From: Acidimicrobiia bacterium
Lineage (GTDB): Bacteria > Actinomycetota > Acidimicrobiia > Spongiisociales > SHLN01
Length of the DNA: 64,000 nt
NCBI GenBank assembly: GCA_041567895.1
Contig: JBFGAX010000001.1
Location: 1,578-65,577 of the forward strand
Direction of reading: 5' to 3'
In this document: piece after piece, positions 52,255 to 59,879 of the stretch
Numbering within the stretch: the stretch's first letter is position 1
Layout of the letters: every line of letters begins with the position of its first letter
Program-made: the position numbers and the translations under genes
The notes under the pieces: generated by a model
Seen by the model: the letters and a program-made list of their open reading frames with translations, nothing else
Databases searched by the model: none
What the model was told of the DNA's origin: nothing

Positions 52255-52707
52255 CTACCAGCCGGCGCCAGCAGAGCAAGCTGCTTCATCCGCCGGAGTT
52301 GCGGCACCGGAGCCGTAAACGGTTGCCTGCTGTGGATGCTCATAGATCCAGAAGAAGGTTCCGCTGGCGGACTCGGACACCAGGCACACGGCACCTGTTG
52401 CAGCGTAAAGCGTCGGCAACACACCACTGTCGGCGGCGTCGTCAACTGTCCAGTCGAGGCTTGGCTCGATGGCGCTGAGATCCGCGGCTGTGGCCGTGTA
52501 GGCCTGATCATTCGCGTAGATGGTTTTTTCCGTGGCCAGGGCGTTGCGCAGGTTCGACTGAGCAGCGCGGTCCTGGGCCGTCTCACGTTGACCGAGGAAG
52601 GTCGGGATCGCGATAGCGACCAGGATGGCGATGATAAGCACCACGACCATAAGCTCGATCAGTGTGAAACCGTCTTCGTTCAGACGATTGCGCATCCGAT
52701 TCAACAT
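52255..52707 (-). CDS. pilA: Type IV pilin (class III signal peptide), copy 2 (probable major pilin)
   Basis: True start ATG 52707 (GGAGG 10 nt upstream): MLNRMRNRLNEDG|FTLIELMVVVLIIAILVAIAIPTF, with a C-terminal Cys pair. The track ORF extends further 5'. Confidence 0.85.
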   Translation of the reverse strand: MLNRMRNRLNEDGFTLIELMVVVLIIAILVAIAIPTFLGQRETAQDRAAQSNLRNALATEKTIYANDQAYTATAADLSAIEPSLDWTVDDAADSGVLPTLYAATGAVCLVSESASGTFFWIYEHPQQATVYGSGAATPADEAACSAGAGW

Positions 52708-52977
52708 GTTGTATTGCCTCCTATGACAATGAATCCGGGACGCAATGCGCGCCCCATGTACAACAGCTGTATCGGCGCCCCTCCCAGCTTCCTTGAGGGT
52801 GATCGACCAATTTCCCAAACGAACTAGTCCCCCGGGTATGCACCCTGAATGCGCTGCAAAAAGGCGCAGTCATCGCTTGGAGACAATCCGGGCCAACCGT
52901 GGGCTCGTCACAGTTCACATTCAACGTGCAGGCCGAGCGAAGGTTCGTTCGCTTTCGGTCGAGAGGGGGTTTGAGGG

Positions 52978-53036
52978 GCATGCGCAGTATTAATGAGGTG
53001 GCATGCGCAGTGTCAATGAGGTGGCATGCGCAGAGG
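52978..53036. repeat. Three direct 23-bp repeats (GCATGCGCAG-T(A/G)T(T/C)AATGAGGTG) between pilC and the pilin gene
   Basis: Copies are at 52978-53000 and 53001-53023. The third, at 53024, is interrupted by a 20-bp palindromic insert (agggcttcgagccct) before its GTCAATG half. The whole array is flanked by the inverted repeat tgaggggc/gcccctca. Confidence 0.6.
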
Positions 53037-53132
53037 GCTTCGAGCCCCTCAGCGTCAATGTAGATGGCGAACCCCCACGGACAACATCAACGAGAAACCA
53101 ACAAGCGTTTAGCCGCCGACAATCAACGCGCA

Positions 53133-54359
53133 TTACCCGATGACATTGACCAGGTTGAACATCGGTAAGTAGAGGGCCACGAGGATGGCGCCGACTGTTG
53201 CACCCATGAACGCGATGAGGATCGGCTCGAGGAGGCTGGTGAGAGCGTCTACGGTGTCGTTGACTTCACGGTCGTAAAAGTCGGAGACCTTGTCGAGCAT
53301 GTTGTCGAGGGCGCCGGTCTCTTCGCCGACCGCCATCATCTGCACGACCATGGGCGGAAAGATTTTTCCCTCTTTGGCCAGCGGCTGGGAGATTGAATCT
53401 CCACCCTTGACGGCCTGTGCGACCCGGTTGACTGCGTCTCCGACCACTACGTTTCCAGCTGTCAACTCGACGATGGTCATGGCTTCCAGAATCGGAACGC
53501 CGGAACGGACGAGCACGCCGAGGGTTCTGGCGAATCGGCTGATCGCGGTTTTGTGGTTCATGGTGCCGAACACGGGCGCTCGCAATTTGAACGCATCCCA
53601 CATACGACGTCCGCCCGTGGTGTTGATCCAGCGCCTGAACGCGTAGACCGAGGCACCAAACGCGGGGAAGATGATGTACCACTTTGAGGTGAGAACGCCC
53701 GAGGCTCCGATCAGGGCTCTCGTCGCGATTGGAAGTTCGCCTCCAACATCCGCGTACATATCAACGAACTGGGGGACGACGAAGAGAAGCATCAGGGTTA
53801 CAACACCCGCCACCATGCTGAGTACCACGATCGGGTATGCCATGGCCGACTTGATCTTGCTGCGCAGCGCCGCTGCGGATTCGAGCGTATCTGCGATACG
53901 TTCGAGGGTCTCGTCCAGTACACCTGCTGCTTCACCGGCTTGCACCATCGCGACAAATAGCGTGTTGAAGACTTTGGGATGCTGCTCGAGTGCAACGCTG
54001 AGGCTTGCACCTCGCTCCACGCTGGCTCGTACCTCGCCAATCGTCTTCTTGAGGGGCTTGGAAACGGTCTGTTCTTCGAGAACATAGAGAGATCTCAGGA
54101 GCGACAGACCGGAATTGATCATGGTCGCAAACTGGCGGCTGAAGATGGCAATCTCTTTGGCTTTTATCCGGTCGGTTATGCCCGGGATCGAGATCTCTTT
54201 CTGGAGACCGTCGGTCTTCTTCTCGGCGACGCCGAGCGGTGTCATCCCGCTTTCCTTCAGAGCGCGGATGACCGCTTCTTTGGAGGAGCCCTCCAACTCC
54301 CCTTCGATGACTTTGCCGCTCTTGGCGTCACGAACCTTGTACGTGTACATCGAGGCCAT
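53133..54359 (-). CDS. pilC: Type IV pilus inner-membrane platform protein PilC (GspF family)
   Basis: 408 aa with two GspF repeats and 3 TM segments. Confidence 0.9.
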   Translation of the reverse strand: MASMYTYKVRDAKSGKVIEGELEGSSKEAVIRALKESGMTPLGVAEKKTDGLQKEISIPGITDRIKAKEIAIFSRQFATMINSGLSLLRSLYVLEEQTVSKPLKKTIGEVRASVERGASLSVALEQHPKVFNTLFVAMVQAGEAAGVLDETLERIADTLESAAALRSKIKSAMAYPIVVLSMVAGVVTLMLLFVVPQFVDMYADVGGELPIATRALIGASGVLTSKWYIIFPAFGASVYAFRRWINTTGGRRMWDAFKLRAPVFGTMNHKTAISRFARTLGVLVRSGVPILEAMTIVELTAGNVVVGDAVNRVAQAVKGGDSISQPLAKEGKIFPPMVVQMMAVGEETGALDNMLDKVSDFYDREVNDTVDALTSLLEPILIAFMGATVGAILVALYLPMFNLVNVIG

Positions 54360-54362
54360 GAT

Positions 54363-55901
54363 TTAGCCGCCCTGTAGGAGGCGTTGCATTGCCTCTTTGT
54401 CGTTGCATCGTTCCATGGCGAGTTCTCGAGTGATCTTGCCCTGTTTGGTCATTGCTGCAAGCGCCATGTCCATCGTCTGCATTCCGTATTTGCCACCGGC
54501 CTGAATCGCGCTGGGAATCTGGTGGACCTTGCCATCGCGCACGAGGTTTCTAATAGCCGATGTCGCGATCATGACCTCGACTGCTGCGATCCGGCCCTTG
54601 CCGTCAACGGTCGGGAGTAACTGTTGAGACAGAACGGCCTGCAGCGATCCTGCCAACATCACCCGAACCTGAGATTGCTGGTGGGCCGGAAATACATCGA
54701 TGATTCGCTCGATGGATTGAGGCGCACTCTGGGTATGCAGGGTTCCGAATACGAGGTGTCCGGTTTCGGCTGCAGTTAGCGCAGCACCGATGGTTTCGAG
54801 ATCTCGCATCTCACCCACCAGGATCACGTCAGGATCCTGCCGCAAAATGTGCTTGAGCGCCTGATTGAATCCGAGCGTGTCGGTTCCGACTTCTCGTTGA
54901 TTCACAATGCTCTTCTTGTGCCGGTGCAAGAACTCGATCGGATCCTCAACCGTGATGATGTGACTCGCCCGCTCAGTGTTGATGAGGTTGATGATCGACG
55001 CCAACGAGGTTGACTTACCTGAACCGGTCGGGCCGGTCACGAGTACGAGACCACGATGCAGATGCGCAAGCGAGTTGACGGCCGCAGGCATGCCGAGCTC
55101 GTCGGGGTTCTTGATCTCATTCGGAATGGAACGAAGAACTGCCGCTACCGAATCACGCTGGAAGAACACGTTTACACGAAACCGTCCTCGTCCAGGGAGC
55201 GGATGAGACGTGTCCAGTTCACGAGTTTCTTCGAACCGGGTTCGCTGCTCAGCCGTGAGAATGTCGTACAAGATTCGGCGAAGCTCGGCCGGCATCAGAA
55301 TATCGAACCCCTCCATGGGCTCGAGCGATCCGTGGACGCGCACCATGGGCGGTGAACCGGCCGTCAGATGAAGATCGGAACCTTGCTTTTCAATCAACAA
55401 CTCGAGGAAGTCGTTGAGATGAACCTGTTCGGAAACTTCTGTCGGTACGCGACGCGGCTCCTCATCGAGGCCCATGAAAAATGAATTGAGCATCTCGTCG
55501 ATGCCGGTCTGGCTGGCAAGCGCCATCGTCACGGCTGAGCCACACACCGTCTCGAGGCTGGTCTGAATGTCGCGGATGAACGGATTGGCGACCGCCACAA
55601 TCACACGGCCGTCTTCAACCTTGATCGGTATGGCATTGAAGCGGTGTGCAGTATCGGGATCGAGCCTGGACACTGCCTCGGGCTGCAGCACTTCGTTCTG
55701 TACGTCGACATACCTCATGCCTATCCGGTCGGCGACCGTAGCAAGCAGATCCCCCGGTGAGACGTGGCCGTTTTGCAGAAGGATTCGCGCGAGGGGAACA
55801 TCCGTGTCCTTCTCCTGTACGTACAGGGCTTCGAGTACATCACGGCTGAGCAGCCTCTTATCGACGAGTGACTCGCCGATTTGTTTGGATACCCGGTTCA
55901 C
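54363..55901 (-). CDS. pilT: PilT-type retraction ATPase carrying an N-terminal T2SSE_N/MshEN-like domain
   Basis: The C-terminal ~360 aa is a PilT core: Walker A GPTGSGKST, HIITVEDPIEF, GHLVFGTLHT, and the signature AIRNLVRDGKVHQ, with no tetracysteine. The N-terminal ~150 aa parallels the PilB N-domain (IGESLVDKRLLSRDVLEALYVQ...PLARILLQNGHVSPGDLLATVADRIG...IPIKVEDGRVIVAVANPF). Confidence 0.85.
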   Translation of the reverse strand: MNRVSKQIGESLVDKRLLSRDVLEALYVQEKDTDVPLARILLQNGHVSPGDLLATVADRIGMRYVDVQNEVLQPEAVSRLDPDTAHRFNAIPIKVEDGRVIVAVANPFIRDIQTSLETVCGSAVTMALASQTGIDEMLNSFFMGLDEEPRRVPTEVSEQVHLNDFLELLIEKQGSDLHLTAGSPPMVRVHGSLEPMEGFDILMPAELRRILYDILTAEQRTRFEETRELDTSHPLPGRGRFRVNVFFQRDSVAAVLRSIPNEIKNPDELGMPAAVNSLAHLHRGLVLVTGPTGSGKSTSLASIINLINTERASHIITVEDPIEFLHRHKKSIVNQREVGTDTLGFNQALKHILRQDPDVILVGEMRDLETIGAALTAAETGHLVFGTLHTQSAPQSIERIIDVFPAHQQSQVRVMLAGSLQAVLSQQLLPTVDGKGRIAAVEVMIATSAIRNLVRDGKVHQIPSAIQAGGKYGMQTMDMALAAMTKQGKITRELAMERCNDKEAMQRLLQGG

Positions 55902-57580
55902 GCCACGACCCTCATGATCTCTTCGATGGATGTCCTGCCCTGGCGGACCTTGGTCATTCCGTCATCCCACAGTTCGAGCATGCCTTGTTCTTTGGCGACG
56001 ACTTTGATCTCGTTCGAAGGTCGGTTCTCGACGGCCATACGCCGAATCTCGTCGGATATCAGCATGACCTCGTGTAATGCCAACCGCCCGCGATATCCAT
56101 TTGAACAAGCACCACACCCCTTCGGATCAGCGGCGTAAATCTGTGAGGCGCTGACCTTCTCGATTTCCTCGTCGGACCAACGAGCTTTCACAAGCATGTC
56201 CTTGTCGGGAGAAAACTCGACTTTGCACTTCTTGCACAAACGTCTGGCGAGACGTTGGCCCAACACTGCGTCGAGCGACGAAGAAACCAGATACGGTTCG
56301 ACGCCCATCTCGATGAGGCGTCCGATGCTCGATGGCGCATCGTTTGTGTGCAACGTTGAAAGCACGAGGTGACCGGTCAGGGCGGCCTCGATCGCGATTT
56401 GTGCTGTTTCGTGGTCGCGAATCTCACCAACAAGGGCAATGTCAGGGTCGGACCGCAGGATGGATCGCAAAGCCGTGGCAAACGTCAAGCCAGCCTTCTT
56501 GTTGACCTGAACTTGCGTTATCCCTTCCAGCCGATACTCAACCGGATCCTCAGTGGTGATGATGTTGACCTCCGGCCTGTTCAACACGTTGAGCGTTGCG
56601 TACAGGGTCGTCGATTTACCGGAACCGGTTGGGCCGGTTACGAGAATGGCGCCGTAGGGCTTGGTGTAGGCCGATTCAAATCGGGCGAGTGTTTGGGGTA
56701 GGAAACCGAGATCCACCAGTTCCAAGAGCACCGAGGATCGATCGAGAATACGCAGCACGACTTTCTCACCGAACACCGACGGCAATGTGGCAACGCGCAA
56801 GTCGACGGGTTTGCCGTTCATCTTGAGAGACATACGGCCGTCTTGCGGCACCCGTCGCTCGGCGATGTTGATGTCTGCCATGATCTTGAGACGACTCACG
56901 AGGGCGTTCGAAATCGCCTTGGGGGTCGACATGACTTCATGCAGAACACCGTCGACCCGGAAACGAACGCGCAGGTCCTTTTCGCCCGGTTCGATATGAA
57001 TATCGGAGGCGCCTTCGTTCACAGCCCGGGTCACGATCGTGTTGACGAGTTTGACGACCGGTGCCTCATCCACTGCCTCTTTGAGAGCGGAGAGGTCTTC
57101 CTTCTCTTCTTCCTCTCCAAAGTCGGCGAACTCGGTGACCGAATCGTTATACGACGACATTCGTGCAATCGCAGCCTCGACCGCACTGCGGGGAGCGACC
57201 CGGGGAACGATCTCCATACCGGAAATCGACCTGATGTCGTCCATGGCGAGCACGTTGGCCGGGTCAGCCATCGCAACAATGAGCTTGTCTCCGTCGAATA
57301 GCACAGGCAAGGCCGCATACCGCTTGGCGATGTTGTCCGGAATCAGAGCCGCCGCGGTGGGATCGACCGTGATTTCTTCGAGAGCGATGTATTCGATGCC
57401 AATTTGCTTGGCGAGCACTTTCACGAGATCGGTTTCGTCGACGAACTCCTGATCGACCAGGATGCGCGTGAGCGACTTGCCGCTTTCACTCTGTATTTGC
57501 TGCGCTTCGTCGAGCTGCTCTTTCGTGAGCACGCCCTCTTGCACAAGCATCGAGCCGAAATGACGCGATTCGGTTCTCAA
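55898..57580 (-). CDS. pilB: Type IV pilus assembly (extension) ATPase PilB
   Basis: 560 aa with an N-terminal MshEN-type motif (HFGSMLVQEGVLTKEQLDEAQQIQ), Walker A GPTGSGKST, and a tetracysteine CKKC...CGAC. TTG start with AGGAG 5 nt upstream. Confidence 0.9.
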   Translation of the reverse strand: MRTESRHFGSMLVQEGVLTKEQLDEAQQIQSESGKSLTRILVDQEFVDETDLVKVLAKQIGIEYIALEEITVDPTAAALIPDNIAKRYAALPVLFDGDKLIVAMADPANVLAMDDIRSISGMEIVPRVAPRSAVEAAIARMSSYNDSVTEFADFGEEEEKEDLSALKEAVDEAPVVKLVNTIVTRAVNEGASDIHIEPGEKDLRVRFRVDGVLHEVMSTPKAISNALVSRLKIMADINIAERRVPQDGRMSLKMNGKPVDLRVATLPSVFGEKVVLRILDRSSVLLELVDLGFLPQTLARFESAYTKPYGAILVTGPTGSGKSTTLYATLNVLNRPEVNIITTEDPVEYRLEGITQVQVNKKAGLTFATALRSILRSDPDIALVGEIRDHETAQIAIEAALTGHLVLSTLHTNDAPSSIGRLIEMGVEPYLVSSSLDAVLGQRLARRLCKKCKVEFSPDKDMLVKARWSDEEIEKVSASQIYAADPKGCGACSNGYRGRLALHEVMLISDEIRRMAVENRPSNEIKVVAKEQGMLELWDDGMTKVRQGRTSIEEIMRVVA

Positions 57581-57640
57581 CCTGTCTCCTTAACTGTGTC
57601 GCCATTATTTCGGCCCACGCAGTTGAGGTCTTGAGCGTGT

Positions 57641-58417
57641 TTACAAACCGGCTGCGATTCTCATCTCGTGGCGCGGGGCTGGCAGACCGGTCCACCATTC
57701 GAAGCTGAGCGCAGCTTGCTCGACGAGCATGTCGATTCCGGAAACGACCGGTATCCCGCCCTCCGTGGCCAGGCTGACCGCAGGAGTTGGTTGGTCGGCA
57801 TAGGCCATGTCGAAGAGCCCCGTGGCACCAGCCGACATCGGCGTCGGGAGCTCCTCGGCAGCCATTCCGAGAGGAGTGGCGTTGACGAGCACACCTGCAA
57901 ACGGATCGCCCCAATCCAAAACGGTACCGGTCACCCCGACCGATTTCAGAACTGCTGTGGCAGCCCCCTGGCGTCTGGCCGAGACACTGATCCGACCCGT
58001 CGTGATCGAAGCCACAGCGACCAACGCCGCCGCTGCCGCGCCACCGCCTCCCAGGATGAGCACATCACCCGTGGGTAGCTCGGCACTTCTCCAGCACGCG
58101 CGTATAGCCGGGATGTCGGTGCTGATGCCCATGACTCTCTCGCCACGAACCATCATCGCGTTTACAGACCGGGCAATGGCCGCATCGGCGGAAACCACAT
58201 CGGACGACGTATACGCCAGGCCCTTGTGCGGCATGGTCACGTTCACGCCCGTCAACCTTCCACTCGCAATCTCCGAGACAGCAGATGTGAACTGCACAGC
58301 ATCCACCTCCCGCGCCTCGTAGGCGCCCTGAACTCCGTGATAGGCCAGAGCTGTCTGATGCATGGCCGGAGATCGGGAGTGGCCAACCGGGTTGCCCAGC
58401 AGAGCCAGGCGCATCAT
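57641..58417 (-). CDS. aroE: Shikimate dehydrogenase
   Basis: The track ORF is over-extended. The probable start is MMRLALLGNPVGHSRSP (ATG 58417, overlapping the mltG stop, TGATG). A GGGGAAAA NADP loop is present. Confidence 0.8.
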   Translation of the reverse strand: MMRLALLGNPVGHSRSPAMHQTALAYHGVQGAYEAREVDAVQFTSAVSEIASGRLTGVNVTMPHKGLAYTSSDVVSADAAIARSVNAMMVRGERVMGISTDIPAIRACWRSAELPTGDVLILGGGGAAAAALVAVASITTGRISVSARRQGAATAVLKSVGVTGTVLDWGDPFAGVLVNATPLGMAAEELPTPMSAGATGLFDMAYADQPTPAVSLATEGGIPVVSGIDMLVEQAALSFEWWTGLPAPRHEMRIAAGL

Positions 58418-59478
58418 CAGAAGACGCCTTCGGCGCGGGCCTTTGCCACCTTTTCGTTGTGCTCCTCGAGCGTCACGCTGAAACCATGACTGCCGTCGGG
58501 GTCGACCAGCACATAGTAAAAGAAGGGTGTGTCTTCGGGATCTCCGGCGGCGATGAGCGACCGCAAACCTGGAGCGGCAATCGGCGTTGGCGGGAGTCCG
58601 GCTCGAACGTAGCTGTTGTAGGGAGACGAAGATTGCTTGTCGGCGTTCGTGGGAACTCCTCGCTCGCCCCGCCCGTACACCAGCATGGCATCGATCTGAA
58701 GCAAGATGCCCTCTCGAAGACGGTTGTAAACGACACTGCTGATGATCGGCCGATCGGGATCGAGTTTCGCCTCGGCTTCGATGATGGATGCGATGATGAG
58801 TGTCTCGTACTCGGTAACTCCGAGTTCTTCCATTCGGTTCCACTCGGCCGCCTCGACCCTGAGCTGCATTTCGGTGGCCATCTTTTGCAGAACTGTTGCG
58901 GGCGATGCATCCTCAAAAAACTCGTAGTTGGCCGGAAACAACAATCCTTCCCAATCTGCCAGGTTGCCCGGCGTTCCCGGAAACAGCGGCGAAACTACGC
59001 TGCCATCGAGCAGAGCCGTTGCGTACGCGTCGACCGAGTGAGGAGATTGTTCCGACAGGGATTGAAGGATTTCACTCACCCATAGCCCCTCCCTGATCTT
59101 GACGGTATACACGTCCTTCAACTCCGGACCCTGACGGAGAATCTCAACCGCAGCTTCGGATCCCATTCCGGTGGTCAGCTCGTAGGTACCGGCCTGCAGC
59201 GAAAAGCCGAGGCCGTTGGCCTTCACATACGACTCGAATTGGCTGGCGCGCTCTACGACACCTGCCTCCGCGAGCACGTTGCCGATGTCTTCGGCACTCG
59301 ATCCAGATTCGATGTCGACGATCACCGACTGGCCGGCAACGATCGTGGTGGCGGGTCCGCCTCCAAACGACTCGGCGAGCCGGGTAGCGCCCCATGCCAC
59401 GATGGCGAGTGCGAGGAGGCCGATCATGATCCCGAGCCATACCGGAAAGCCCCCCGAGGGTTTGTCGTACTCGATCAT
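58417..59478 (-). CDS. mltG: Endolytic murein transglycosylase MltG (YceG family)
   Basis: 353 aa with an N-terminal TM segment and a YceG-like domain. Confidence 0.85.
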   Translation of the reverse strand: MIEYDKPSGGFPVWLGIMIGLLALAIVAWGATRLAESFGGGPATTIVAGQSVIVDIESGSSAEDIGNVLAEAGVVERASQFESYVKANGLGFSLQAGTYELTTGMGSEAAVEILRQGPELKDVYTVKIREGLWVSEILQSLSEQSPHSVDAYATALLDGSVVSPLFPGTPGNLADWEGLLFPANYEFFEDASPATVLQKMATEMQLRVEAAEWNRMEELGVTEYETLIIASIIEAEAKLDPDRPIISSVVYNRLREGILLQIDAMLVYGRGERGVPTNADKQSSSPYNSYVRAGLPPTPIAAPGLRSLIAAGDPEDTPFFYYVLVDPDGSHGFSVTLEEHNEKVAKARAEGVF

Positions 59479-59879
59479 TGTCTATCCAGGTAGCTCTGGA
59501 GGATCAGTGCCGCGGCCACGCCATCGAGCGTTTTGCGACGTTCGGATCGCCTGGTGCCGCTCTCGATCATGGACCTTTCCGCCAACACGCTCGTAAACCG
59601 CTCGTCCTCAACTTCGACGTCCAGTCCGGTGGCGCCCGCGACCTCTGACGCGAACGCGCGGGCCGCTTCTGCCGATGGACCATCTTCTCCACTCAGTGAG
59701 GTGGGCATTCCTATAACGATAGATTCCACGTCATGGGCACGTACGGCACCGGCGATCACGTCGATTGCTGTAGCTCGATCACAAACCATGAGCGGAGAAG
59801 CTATCAGATGTGACGGGTCTGAGAGTGCAATACCAACTCGCTTTGTGCCGTAATCGATTCCCATCAATCGTCCCATCAC
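59475..59879 (-). CDS. ruvX: Holliday-junction resolvase-like putative pre-16S rRNA nuclease RuvX/YqgF
   Basis: 134 aa; LMGIDYGTKRVGIALSD is the canonical N-terminus. Confidence 0.85.
   Translation of the reverse strand: MMGRLMGIDYGTKRVGIALSDPSHLIASPLMVCDRATAIDVIAGAVRAHDVESIVIGMPTSLSGEDGPSAEAARAFASEVAGATGLDVEVEDERFTSVLAERSMIESGTRRSERRKTLDGVAAALILQSYLDRQ

Noticed and set aside
52978-53036. Possible CRISPR array (direct repeats)
   Set aside because: There are only three 23-bp copies with no unique spacers of regular length and no cas genes. They are adjacent repeats in a promoter region, better explained as regulator binding sites.
53031-53050. Hairpin gagggct-tcg-agccctc as terminator of the pilB-pilT-pilC operon
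   Set aside because: No U-tract follows on the minus-strand transcript. It lies inside the third copy of the 23-bp repeat array, so it is more likely part of that repeat structure.
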